Numbered from the stretch's first letter, positions 1 through 9,441 are shown. The stretch: 32,000 bases of DNA from Candidatus Harpocratesius repetitus (GCA_021498095.1 JAIZWK010000001.1:2790001-2822000); one strand, 5' to 3'. The notes: generated from the letters alone by a model not told the origin. A program made the numbers and translations.

Positions 1-97
1 TTTATATCAAGCACTGATAACAGAGTGGAATTCGCTTCAATATTCACTAGAAGCCCTAATTCAACAAAAGAAGCGTTCGTTCCAAAAATCTATTACT

Positions 98-2086
98 ATG
101 GATCAAATTTCTTTTCATACCGAGAATTTTCAACTTATTGTAGAATCCCAAATCACCATTCTGAATCAAAAGCTTATTGAATTCAAAAAAAGATTTTCAT
201 CCCTTATTAAACATGATGAAAACATATCCCAATATAATTATAATCATGAAGCTGAAAAATTAAAAAAGGATTTTTTAAAAATACAAGCTCAAATAAAAGA
301 TGAATACAATAAAATTAAAAAACTCAAATTAAATATAGATTTATCTCTATCTCTTAAGCAATTTCAAGAATTTGAACAGCATTTTAATCATGAAATTCAA
401 GAAATAATTGATCATTATAATCGAAAAGAAAAAATTCGAAAAATTCTTAAATATGCTGAAGATAAAAATCAAAACTTGTTTGAAATTGCTGAGATCGCTC
501 AAATATTAAAAATGAGCATATCTGAAACAGATTCATTGCTAAAACAATTAGTATCTCAAAATTTACTTAACGCACGAATATATAATAAAACAAGAAAAAT
601 TGAAATACACAATAAGAATTGGAGAAATTATCTCAAACTAAAACAAGAAAGCGAAATTCGTTGTCGGGAATTACAAGCAAAAGTAAATTTAATTCAAAAT
701 TATTTTAATAAAGCAGTAATCAATCATGAATTTTTGGAAAAAAGCGACCAGCTCGATACACTTATTGAAGAGTTTAATGAATATATAGAAACCAAATCTA
801 ATGAATTTGAAACTTTTATACAAGATAATCAAATAAATACGAAAAACAATCTGATATATGAAGAATACTTGCAATTCTATCAAAAAATAAATAAGATGAA
901 AGAACAAGTAAACTCACTACAGAATACAACAAATCAAGCAAAAGAATTTGAACAAATACTTAAGGATTTTACTTCACGTTTAGAAGATTTTGGAAATTCA
1001 ATAATTAATAAAATTGAGCAGGAATTTCAAACTACATCAAAATTATCGCATAAAAATCATACAAAATACTTGCAAAATCAATGGAGTTTTATTCAAAATT
1101 TCTTAGATGATATTCTTTTACAAGAAAAAACCCGTAGAAAAGAAATTTTTCAAAAAAACGGAAATTTTGGAGAAATTTTCTTTGATATTGAAGATGATTT
1201 TAAAAATAGAATTCAAAATATCATGCAAGATTTTAAGACAACTTTCCAAAATTATGAAGAAGAATTAAAAATAAATGAAATAAAAAACCTTCGCCAAAAA
1301 ATGGACGAAATTGTTATCGAAAAGCAAAACCTTGTTGGACAAAATCAAAGAAAAATTGATTTAGAAATAAAAAATAAAATTAGAGCAAAAGAATATATCA
1401 TAGCAGCCAAAAAATTAAATCAACGAGCAAAAAGTCTATATAAAATATTGAAAAATGCTGAAAAAGAAATAAAATTAGCAAACAAAGAGTTTAATGCAAA
1501 ATCAAAAGTATTTGGTATAAAATACTCACCATATATATTAGAAGAATGGACAAACTTTCAAAAACAATTTGAAGAATCAGTAATTTCTACTTTAAATAAA
1601 GTATATGCAAGAGAACTTGTGTTAAACTTTACTTTTTTCTCGATAAAATCCTTTAAAGAGCCTTTTGTCCCATTAAAACTTATAGCTGAAAACCTATTTT
1701 TAAGCCATGATCAAGTACAACATATTCTTATGAGTCTAATAAGCGAAGGAATGCTTTCAGGAAAAATTGATTTAGAACATGATGTTTATTTTGAAGGAAC
1801 AATAAGTTTTGATGATAAAAGTATTGCTCGATTAGAAATTATAAAGAAAACAAATGTTAAAACATATTTAAGAATCAGGCGTTTGGTGAATGTATTTGCA
1901 ATTCTCGGTCCGATTTTAACAGGATTTGCTTCTTTCTTAACAATATTATGGTATTTGATCCGTTTAGCCACAAATTTAGTCTTCATCGCAATTCCTATTG
2001 CAGTTCTTATAATATTGTTTATTTATCTATGGATTCGAAAAGGAAGGGAACAATTTGCTCAACTAGAACCAGAATCGAGTGAATAG
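98..2086 (+). CDS. Coiled-coil protein with two PCI-like winged-helix segments and a C-terminal two-helix membrane anchor
   Basis: 662-aa ORF rich in K/E/Q/N. PCI-like segments at about nt 473-610 (FEIAEIAQILKMSISETDSLLKQLVSQNLLNARI) and 1664-1792 (VPLKLIAENLFLSHDQVQHILMSLISEGMLSGKID). Two hydrophobic helices at about nt 1892-2035. Confidence 0.7.
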   Translation: MDQISFHTENFQLIVESQITILNQKLIEFKKRFSSLIKHDENISQYNYNHEAEKLKKDFLKIQAQIKDEYNKIKKLKLNIDLSLSLKQFQEFEQHFNHEIQEIIDHYNRKEKIRKILKYAEDKNQNLFEIAEIAQILKMSISETDSLLKQLVSQNLLNARIYNKTRKIEIHNKNWRNYLKLKQESEIRCRELQAKVNLIQNYFNKAVINHEFLEKSDQLDTLIEEFNEYIETKSNEFETFIQDNQINTKNNLIYEEYLQFYQKINKMKEQVNSLQNTTNQAKEFEQILKDFTSRLEDFGNSIINKIEQEFQTTSKLSHKNHTKYLQNQWSFIQNFLDDILLQEKTRRKEIFQKNGNFGEIFFDIEDDFKNRIQNIMQDFKTTFQNYEEELKINEIKNLRQKMDEIVIEKQNLVGQNQRKIDLEIKNKIRAKEYIIAAKKLNQRAKSLYKILKNAEKEIKLANKEFNAKSKVFGIKYSPYILEEWTNFQKQFEESVISTLNKVYARELVLNFTFFSIKSFKEPFVPLKLIAENLFLSHDQVQHILMSLISEGMLSGKIDLEHDVYFEGTISFDDKSIARLEIIKKTNVKTYLRIRRLVNVFAILGPILTGFASFLTILWYLIRLATNLVFIAIPIAVLIILFIYLWIRKGREQFAQLEPESSE

Positions 2087-2134
2087 TTAATTTGAATCGC
2101 GAAAATATATTTGAAAATATAGAAAATCTAAATT

Positions 2135-4324
2135 TTATCCATATACATAGGTTAAATATGCTCCAGCAGTTTGAAAAATACCTGCTTTAAGACATCTATC
2201 AATAGTAATTTCAATTTTGATAGAATCGATCTCTTCATTTCGTGCTTCTGAATATAATGCATCTAATTCAAAATATAGACAGTTACCTTTCAATTCACCA
2301 CTTAATTCCATTGTGGATAAAATCCAATCATAATATTTCTTAGTAATGCCGTATTTTGAAAGTAGAGTGTGTGTTGAATTATTTTCTGAAGTATGGTGCT
2401 TATTTTGCAGAATTCGATTCTTTCCTAAAGAAGTAAGTTCTTTAGTTATATCCGAAATCAAATTATATGCCTTTTTTTTACCATTTTGCTTCTTATTTCT
2501 TTTAGTTAGTTCTTTTTTTTGGGAATAATTGACATTGACCTTTTCTATTATTTGATTAATCTTAACTAATTCTTGGTTTTCTTTATATTTCTGCCTATTT
2601 TTTTCAATTTGTGAGAGAGTTTGTACACTATATTTTGGTTTTTCAATTGTTCTGGGAAATTCTTCAATTGTTTGAATTTTTTCTGGATATGTAAGAAGTG
2701 ATTGCATTTTTTCTTCTTTATAATGTGAAACTTGATAATAGATTTCATCTAGTGTATTGGGACTCACTAAACAATAGCATTTTCCAACAGTATGGCGTCC
2801 TGTACGGCCACGTCGTTGGATCAATCTTATTTCACTTGGTACTGAATCGTAAAAAATTACTGCATTCACATTAGGGATATCTAAACCTTCTTCAGCCACT
2901 GATGTTGCTATTAAAATACGATATTTTCCGTTAGAAAAATGATTTAGTAATTTTTTTTGATCGTTTTGTGATAACCCTGGATCATTAAGTCGTGAAGCTT
3001 GACCAACAAATCGATATGCGATTTTTTCAGAAAATAAAATAGCAAAATTTCGATTCAATTCTTCTTCAATATAAGTTCCCATTTCTCTGTATTGGGTAAA
3101 TACAATCAGTTTAGCCTTAGGATCTTGTGCCAATTCATCTTGAATAATTCTAATTAATGGATCCATTTTCGGTGATTTATTACACGAGCGAAGTATTTGC
3201 TTTACGCCATTAATATATTTTGAATGTAAAAATCGCTTTAAGTGCTTATTGCCATAATCGGCCCGATCTTGGAGTTTCTGCAAATATGTCCAAAACATAC
3301 GAACATCTTGAGTAGTAAGAATTTCTTTTAAATGTTCAAGATATATTCCATTTATAGCATAACCCATGGCTGTAGCTTTATTTGGTATTTCTCTAGATTG
3401 TGAAACATCAAATAATTCTGCAAGGTGTGGGAAGTTTAATCCACGGAAACCTTGTTTTTGAAGCATATCTTGCTTTTCATCTTCAGTCATGTGAGAATCA
3501 CAAAGAATATCGACCATTTTTAGATCTTGAATCAATTGAATAAATTGAAATTTAGAACTAAATCGACGACGGGGAAGAATATCTTGCTCATGAAGATATT
3601 CGAGAATTTTTCGAATAGCAGTATCTAAAATCATCTGGGCTTTTAGAATTTCATTCGGCAATTCAATTCGCTGAATTATTGTATTAATTGGAAATACATA
3701 ATCTCTTACATCAAGACTATTTTGATTTCTAAAAACAATTTGTTCTATTTGGAGATTTTGACATAATTCATTAATACGGAATAAATCTTTACCAGGACTG
3801 GCTGTCAAACCTAAAATTAAAGGACAAGAACACTGAGAAAGATAAACTTCTGCCACATAAGTATAACTATAACGCTTCCTTGCTTTATGAACTTCATCAA
3901 ATATAATATGACCAAAACCTTCTAATGAATAAAGCCCTGCTTCTAAATCGTTTTTAATTATTTGAGGAGTAGAAAAGAAGATATCAGCTTCATTTAAACT
4001 TAAAGCACGTTTCGTTGGAGATAAACCACTGGAAAAAATACAAAGTCGTACATTAGATTTAAAAAATCGATGAAATGTATCGTAATGTTGCTGAACTAGT
4101 GGACGAGTGGGAGCTAGAAACAGAATCTTTGAATGGGGAGCACTTTCAAGTGTGTGAGCAATTGATAACACTGCTATAATTGTCTTTCCTAAACTTGTAG
4201 GTAATACAACTAATGTATTCTTGTAGGATGCAGTTTGAGCAATATTTAATTGATACTCTCTTTGATCGATAAGATCTGTATTCAATAATTGTTGATTTAT
4301 TTTTATTGTTTTTTTGTCGGACAT
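2135..4324 (-). CDS. hef: Hef/FANCM/Mph1-family SF2 helicase with no recognisable ERCC4 nuclease domain
   Basis: QREYQ Q-motif, LPTSLGKT (motif I), LAPTRPLVQQH (Ia), DEVH (II), LTASPG (III), ATSVAEEGLDIP (V), QRRGRTGR (VI). ATG at 4324 preferred; the ORF track starts at GTG 4339. Confidence 0.9.
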   Translation of the reverse strand: MSDKKTIKINQQLLNTDLIDQREYQLNIAQTASYKNTLVVLPTSLGKTIIAVLSIAHTLESAPHSKILFLAPTRPLVQQHYDTFHRFFKSNVRLCIFSSGLSPTKRALSLNEADIFFSTPQIIKNDLEAGLYSLEGFGHIIFDEVHKARKRYSYTYVAEVYLSQCSCPLILGLTASPGKDLFRINELCQNLQIEQIVFRNQNSLDVRDYVFPINTIIQRIELPNEILKAQMILDTAIRKILEYLHEQDILPRRRFSSKFQFIQLIQDLKMVDILCDSHMTEDEKQDMLQKQGFRGLNFPHLAELFDVSQSREIPNKATAMGYAINGIYLEHLKEILTTQDVRMFWTYLQKLQDRADYGNKHLKRFLHSKYINGVKQILRSCNKSPKMDPLIRIIQDELAQDPKAKLIVFTQYREMGTYIEEELNRNFAILFSEKIAYRFVGQASRLNDPGLSQNDQKKLLNHFSNGKYRILIATSVAEEGLDIPNVNAVIFYDSVPSEIRLIQRRGRTGRHTVGKCYCLVSPNTLDEIYYQVSHYKEEKMQSLLTYPEKIQTIEEFPRTIEKPKYSVQTLSQIEKNRQKYKENQELVKINQIIEKVNVNYSQKKELTKRNKKQNGKKKAYNLISDITKELTSLGKNRILQNKHHTSENNSTHTLLSKYGITKKYYDWILSTMELSGELKGNCLYFELDALYSEARNEEIDSIKIEITIDRCLKAGIFQTAGAYLTYVYG

Positions 4325-4671
4325 ACCAATAACTCTCACAAATTGCTCATATAACTTATTTTCATAAAGAATATCTTAGAAAATCTAAAGAACGAACAGT
4401 TTTTAAAAGAATTGAGCCTATAGAATTTTTTAATTTTAAGTCAAATTTAGTAACCCCTTATAAATCAGTCGAAATTGGGAAAAATAGAATATACAAAAAA
4501 TGAATTCCTATATTTTTAAAGCACATGGTATAGTGGTTATTATAATTGATTTCCGTTCAAGATGTCTCCTGTTCAAACCAAAATGCATTTTTTAAAGAAT
4601 CTGTAAATACAGTTATAGATTCATTTGGAACTTCTTTAAATGCAACCCAACAATCATCACTGGTAGCAGAA

Positions 4672-5622
4672 TTACATTATCAATTCATAACCGCTTTTCA
4701 ATTTAAACTTAGGCCGAAAGTTTTTTGCCCACCTTATATATTCTTCTCGCAGTTCTTTTTCTGGAATTTGCTCCGCAGCAATTAACGCATAGTCCATAAA
4801 TTTAATCCGCTCTGCGGTCCACGTAGTTTCAAACCCGTATTCTTCAAAAAATAGCTTCTCCCACTCCTTATAACGCTCGATATTCTCCTGCTTTCGGGGA
4901 TGGATGAACGAATCAAAATCATACATAAATTCTTCGCTGTTTTCAAACTGGGTGCAGTCCCAGAACTCAATCGGTAGAAAGGAAATATGAGGTATGCGAG
5001 GAAGATTTGAAATGTTAATCCATAATTCAGGATTATGGGTGAATTCAATCGGAATCTCCTTAACTTCGCGCAAACTCCATAATTCCAATTTTTCTAATGA
5101 AATGCTGAATGCCCAATTGATGGGAACCTGCTTCATGCGGTGTTTTCCATCATTTTTGGGCGGCAGCGTTATTTTTTCACCATCGAACATATTTTCATAA
5201 CGCTCATTATAAAAATCTTCACCGATTGAAATTTCCCGCAGGCGATAGCAGTGGGCGAAATCTATGTTGTAATCGTCTAAAACCGCAGCAGTAGTTTCAA
5301 ATTTTTGCAAATATTGATATTGATCGCACTTTAGTGGAATTTTGATATTCGAAAATCTAGAAATGCGAATATATTCTATTTTCGGCGGCCATTTAACCAC
5401 CCGCAGCTGATTTTCTCCAGATATTACAATTTCTCTGCAGTTGATGAAGGCGGAAAAATCTGCTTCGTTATTGGGAAATATGCAGCTATATGCTTCTAAT
5501 TTATATACTTTATCAACATCTTTCCAATTTTTAACATCAAAATCCTGCCTAACCAGTGTTAATACTAATTTATCATTATAAACATGGCTGTATCTCACAT
5601 ATTTTGGATTTTCATTATGCAT
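4672..5622 (-). CDS. Hypothetical protein with degenerate leucine-rich-repeat-like segments
   Basis: 316-aa ORF with ATG start. Recurrent LxxLxI-type segments (CREIVISG, IEYIRISR, LREISIG, LEKLELWSLREVKEIP, LWINISNLPRIP). Many G/C-ending codons. Confidence 0.6.
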   Translation of the reverse strand: MHNENPKYVRYSHVYNDKLVLTLVRQDFDVKNWKDVDKVYKLEAYSCIFPNNEADFSAFINCREIVISGENQLRVVKWPPKIEYIRISRFSNIKIPLKCDQYQYLQKFETTAAVLDDYNIDFAHCYRLREISIGEDFYNERYENMFDGEKITLPPKNDGKHRMKQVPINWAFSISLEKLELWSLREVKEIPIEFTHNPELWINISNLPRIPHISFLPIEFWDCTQFENSEEFMYDFDSFIHPRKQENIERYKEWEKLFFEEYGFETTWTAERIKFMDYALIAAEQIPEKELREEYIRWAKNFRPKFKLKSGYELIM

Positions 5623-5728
5623 AATGCTTCATCCACTTTTTTTTTCCATTTACTTTTATTTTCTTATCCAATGTATATAAAAAAAAACGATATTAAAAAA
5701 TTAACCCCCTCTTCGGCGAACTTATTTT

Positions 5729-7858
5729 TTATCCGATAAATCCCTCAATCGCATCCAAATATGCATCAAAATTATTCATGGCACTTTCATCCGCATACTC
5801 TTCGTAGTATAAGCGCATCTCATTTTTGTATTTCAGATAGTATGCGAAACACTGCTTCAGCATCAGTAACTGCGAATTTGAATTGAAGATACTCACGGGA
5901 TTTTCAATCTGAGCGTACCATTGGTCGAGTCGGGAGTCAAATTGAATGTTGCCGTTCTCATCCAAAGTGGGAACGAAGTATTCGATTGATTTATCTTTAC
6001 TTATCTTAATTGTTATGGTTTCACCTTTAACGCCGAATGCCTTGATGATGCCTTCAATTCGGTTCCATGTGGCAATGTATGCATTTCTATTACTACCATG
6101 GCTTGATTCCATCATCAACTTAATATCGTTGTAAAACCTTTTCTTTTTTAAATTTGAATCTTTCAAATCCTGCTCGGATGAATGCAGCGTATACTGTTCG
6201 TAAACCCACCTTGCCAGCATGGATACGGAGTCTCGGATGCTGGAGCCTTGAAATTGTGCAAGATTGCGGAGGTTGAAAAAGGCACGACCGTCTTCAAGTT
6301 CAATCAGCACCATTTTAGTGGCATCTCCACCAATTTTTTCTCCCATCATTTCAGTAAATTTATCCATACCTTTATGATTTTCAAATATGTTTATCATGGA
6401 TAAGCCGTTCTGGAAGGTAGTCCACACCTTGCGCGATTTTTCTGTATAATATTCGATATTAGTATCTTCTACTCCGTGCATTCCCACGCCGTAAATACCG
6501 GGATACCGCCAATTAACCGCACTGCCGTCCGCTCCAATTAGGTTCAGCATATTCTCAAATACCAGAAAATCCATAACGAAGCGCTCAATCCCATTATTTA
6601 TTTTGGGTTCGTTGGTTTTATAATATTCTTCATTCACCGGGTCCCACAAATCCATGGAAAACTGTGGAATTATCATGGAATAGGGCGAAGGTGTGGTAGG
6701 GACAATGTCTTTAACGGCATCTGAAATCGGGGTGCCGAGTTGGAAGAATTTAATTTTGTGTTCTTCATCATTTTGAATTTGACCGACCATACTTCCGAAA
6801 ACCAACACTTCTCTTCCCGAACCGATCATTTCACTTTTAGCCATTCCGAATTGTATGAAATTTGCAATAAATGCATTTTTTTTGGCACCTATTATTATGA
6901 TTGGGTCGGGGAGGGCGCTGGGGGGCACATAGTAGTGATGATCATCGACTACTTTTTCGCTGAGATAGTTTTTAACTCTATCTTGATCTGGAGATTCTAA
7001 TTTATTTTGAACAAGATAATCGATAGTTGAGCGAAATGCTTCGATATTGGTAAAAAGGGATGCCAAAGAAATCCAAGCTGCCTGCATCAGCTCCCATTCG
7101 TGAATTTGGGATGAAGAAAGCAAAGAACCAATACTATACAATTTTGATTCTTTAATAAATTGTAAATATTCGCTGTATCCAAGTCTTTTCTGCAAAAACT
7201 GGGTCAAATAATCAGCAGCACCTCCAGGATTAACTGCAATTTTCTTATCTGTAAAACCTCCTGCATCTTGGGAAATTTCACTGATTTTATATAAAATATA
7301 TTCAATTTGATTAATTACTCCATTATTCCATCTTAATGTATGATCCTTTTTTTTACGGACAGTCCGCCAGTATTTATGAGTCTTATCCGCGTCAAACAAT
7401 TCTTTTATTTCGCTGATATATTGTAAATCATCTAAGGACTCATCGAAAAAGTGCTCTCTTAATTCTGTGCCGGCGCCGGGAAGGTCTTTATCCAAAGCGT
7501 TAAAATCAAAAAATAAGTCTCTAAGCTGCTCTGCAATATCGGGAACATTCTTATAAATATTTTTTAATGTGCTTCTAATGATTTGTAAACCAAATTTATA
7601 ATTCCATGCATTTGCGTTTTTTCCATTTTTATAATATTTTCTTATACCAGCTATATGGTTTTTTGCAATTTTTTGAAAAGCAAATGAAAGCAGCCGAATT
7701 TCAAATATTCCTTTCCGCCAATTTATATTAGTATATAAAGGAGTTGATTCACCCTCTAAGCTTTTTGCACTTTCCACCTTATTATTTATCAAAATACGAA
7801 CTGTTTGAGATTTTGGATATTCAAGTTGTATACGATTGCATAGGTAAAAATGATTCAA
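5729..7858 (-). CDS. Large hypothetical protein of unknown function; true start uncertain
   Basis: 709 open codons with a normal globular amino-acid composition. The track start is TTG and the first in-frame ATG is only at about codon 257. No motif recognised. Confidence 0.65.
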   Translation of the reverse strand: MNHFYLCNRIQLEYPKSQTVRILINNKVESAKSLEGESTPLYTNINWRKGIFEIRLLSFAFQKIAKNHIAGIRKYYKNGKNANAWNYKFGLQIIRSTLKNIYKNVPDIAEQLRDLFFDFNALDKDLPGAGTELREHFFDESLDDLQYISEIKELFDADKTHKYWRTVRKKKDHTLRWNNGVINQIEYILYKISEISQDAGGFTDKKIAVNPGGAADYLTQFLQKRLGYSEYLQFIKESKLYSIGSLLSSSQIHEWELMQAAWISLASLFTNIEAFRSTIDYLVQNKLESPDQDRVKNYLSEKVVDDHHYYVPPSALPDPIIIIGAKKNAFIANFIQFGMAKSEMIGSGREVLVFGSMVGQIQNDEEHKIKFFQLGTPISDAVKDIVPTTPSPYSMIIPQFSMDLWDPVNEEYYKTNEPKINNGIERFVMDFLVFENMLNLIGADGSAVNWRYPGIYGVGMHGVEDTNIEYYTEKSRKVWTTFQNGLSMINIFENHKGMDKFTEMMGEKIGGDATKMVLIELEDGRAFFNLRNLAQFQGSSIRDSVSMLARWVYEQYTLHSSEQDLKDSNLKKKRFYNDIKLMMESSHGSNRNAYIATWNRIEGIIKAFGVKGETITIKISKDKSIEYFVPTLDENGNIQFDSRLDQWYAQIENPVSIFNSNSQLLMLKQCFAYYLKYKNEMRLYYEEYADESAMNNFDAYLDAIEGFIG

Positions 7859-8046
7859 AATTCTTAACTAAATTAAAGATGAGTTGTTATTTTCAAAGAT
7901 TAAATTTTGATTTGTCTATTTCTTTTTCCAGTTATATTACAAAAAGATCATAATGTTAAATATTTACGATGATAAAACATATAATTATTAAGAATCACAT
8001 AAATATTTTTTATTATTTATGAATAATTTGAAGGAGAAACTAAAAA

Positions 8047-8325
8047 ATGAACGATCAAATACCTCCAGCAACAAATGAAAAATGGCAAGCTCTAATTCTT
8101 GGACTAGATTACAAAAATTTTGAGTTCTTTCCTGTAAAATTGCTTTTAGCTAGATTGCAATTGAAAGTAAAACAAGATCCAAGCGAAGAAAATGTTTTAC
8201 AATGTTCTAAAGAATTAAGACAATTATTTGTGAAAAATCAGCACATTCCTAAAGCGAAAAGGGATCTAGATAAAATTTTCAAAAAGAAATTTAATTTCAA
8301 AAGATTTTTAAGAAGGAGAAGATAA
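8047..8325 (+). CDS. Small hypothetical helical protein upstream of the FIST-like gene
   Basis: 92-aa ORF preceded by GAAGGAG (8030-8036). IPPxTNEKW...EFFPVKLLLARL...DLDKI looks like a real conserved small protein (recalled resemblance only). Its stop lies in the first unit of the 15/30-bp repeat. Confidence 0.65.
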   Translation: MNDQIPPATNEKWQALILGLDYKNFEFFPVKLLLARLQLKVKQDPSEENVLQCSKELRQLFVKNQHIPKAKRDLDKIFKKKFNFKRFLRRRR

Positions 8326-8416
8326 AGAAAAAGAAGATAAAGAAGGAGAAGATAAAGAAAAAGAAGATAAAGAAGGAGAAGATAAAGAAAAAGAAGATAA
8401 AGAAGGAGAAGATAAA
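8311..8416 (+). repeat. Tandem repeat of seven alternating 15-bp units (AGAAGGAGAAGATAA / AGAAAAAGAAGATAA), i.e. a 30-bp unit x 3.5
   Basis: Read directly: the 30-mer AGAAGGAGAAGATAAAGAAAAAGAAGATAA starts at 8311, 8341 and 8371, with a half copy at 8401. Confidence 0.97.
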
Positions 8417-8418
8417 AA

Positions 8419-9441
8419 ATGACAGAAATAAAGATGAATAATCAATTAATGACACTCGAACAGACAAATTTGCTTATTGAGAGTGGAAAATTTTTGATGA
8501 TAGCAGGAGATGAAAAACTTCTATTGCAATTAAAAAAAGGTAACTGGATTGCAGGAACAATACCATACTTCATGGATGTTAATGGTGGTGTTTCTACAAG
8601 AGATGAATGTTTTGTCACCGTGTTACCTGATTTTATTCTTGATTTAGAAATAAAAACATATGATAAAGATGATATTAAAAATGTTTTCGTCGATAGTAAA
8701 GATAATGGAATTAATTTTATTATTATTCCTGCAATGAGTGAAGTTCATTTCAACTTTGCTTTAAATGCTCCGATTTTTAAAAATTTTGGATATAATCCTT
8801 TAATTGGATGGATTGCCGGAGTTCATTTGGATGATATTAATAATACAACGGCAAAAACCGCAACTGGATTAACTGGAGAACTTAAGAATGAATACGCAGT
8901 TGTAATTCATGGATCACTTCCTGATACAAAATATGCTGAGATAGATATTGTAAATATTTTTACCCAAGGCTCAGGAGATGAAATTCAATTTTTAGAAGAC
9001 AGTTTCAAGGTTAAAGATGCTTTAATAAATGGTAAGAAGCAAAATTTTGCAGAATATCTCAAAAAAATTAATCATGATACCCGATTTCCATTGGTTGCAG
9101 ATTACATGGGTGTAATGATAAATATCAGTTATCAATCAATAGATGAAGATAACATGGAAGTAAATTTTTATGCTCCTGTATTTAAAGGACAGATATATAA
9201 AAATGCTGAAAAATTAGAAGATTATGTCTCAAAATTTGAACATGAAATGCCTAAAGAAGATATAAATTATATTACTTTTAGTTGTAATTGTATTTTAAAT
9301 TATCTTTATTCAGAATTAGAAGGAAAGAAAACAGAGGGAATTACTGGGCCTATAACATTTGGTGAAATAGGATACCAACTTTTGAATCAAACTTTAGTTT
9401 ATATTACAATAAAAGATTACACAGATGAAGAATTGAAATAA
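8419..9441 (+). CDS. FIST-like / DUF6976-like protein
   Basis: 340 aa. N-terminal LMIAGDEKLLLQLKKGNWIAGTIPYFM; C-terminal FSCNCILNYLY...GPITFGEIGYQLLNQT resembles the FIST-C signature (SC...G..T.GEI....NQT). Family recalled, not searched. Confidence 0.7.
   Translation: MTEIKMNNQLMTLEQTNLLIESGKFLMIAGDEKLLLQLKKGNWIAGTIPYFMDVNGGVSTRDECFVTVLPDFILDLEIKTYDKDDIKNVFVDSKDNGINFIIIPAMSEVHFNFALNAPIFKNFGYNPLIGWIAGVHLDDINNTTAKTATGLTGELKNEYAVVIHGSLPDTKYAEIDIVNIFTQGSGDEIQFLEDSFKVKDALINGKKQNFAEYLKKINHDTRFPLVADYMGVMINISYQSIDEDNMEVNFYAPVFKGQIYKNAEKLEDYVSKFEHEMPKEDINYITFSCNCILNYLYSELEGKKTEGITGPITFGEIGYQLLNQTLVYITIKDYTDEELK

Noticed and set aside
4546-4785. 79-aa plus-strand ORF as a gene, or as the stump of a gene interrupted by the island
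   Set aside because: TTG start, overlaps the 3' end of the 316-aa gene in antisense, no motif, and no matching continuation seen beyond 7860.
7859-7980. Stop-codon readthrough or recoding extending the 709-codon ORF upstream
   Set aside because: The upstream frame contains two TAG and then a TAA, with unconvincing intervening sequence; all other genes use standard stops.
4340-8046. Calling the island an IS, transposon or provirus
   Set aside because: No transposase, integrase or viral hallmark gene, and no terminal inverted repeats or target duplications found by eye.
8312-8421. Acidic EGEDK/EKEDK peptide in the +1 frame of the 15/30-bp repeat
   Set aside because: The frame is preceded by TAA (8309-8311), has no start codon, and ends at TGA 8420-8422.
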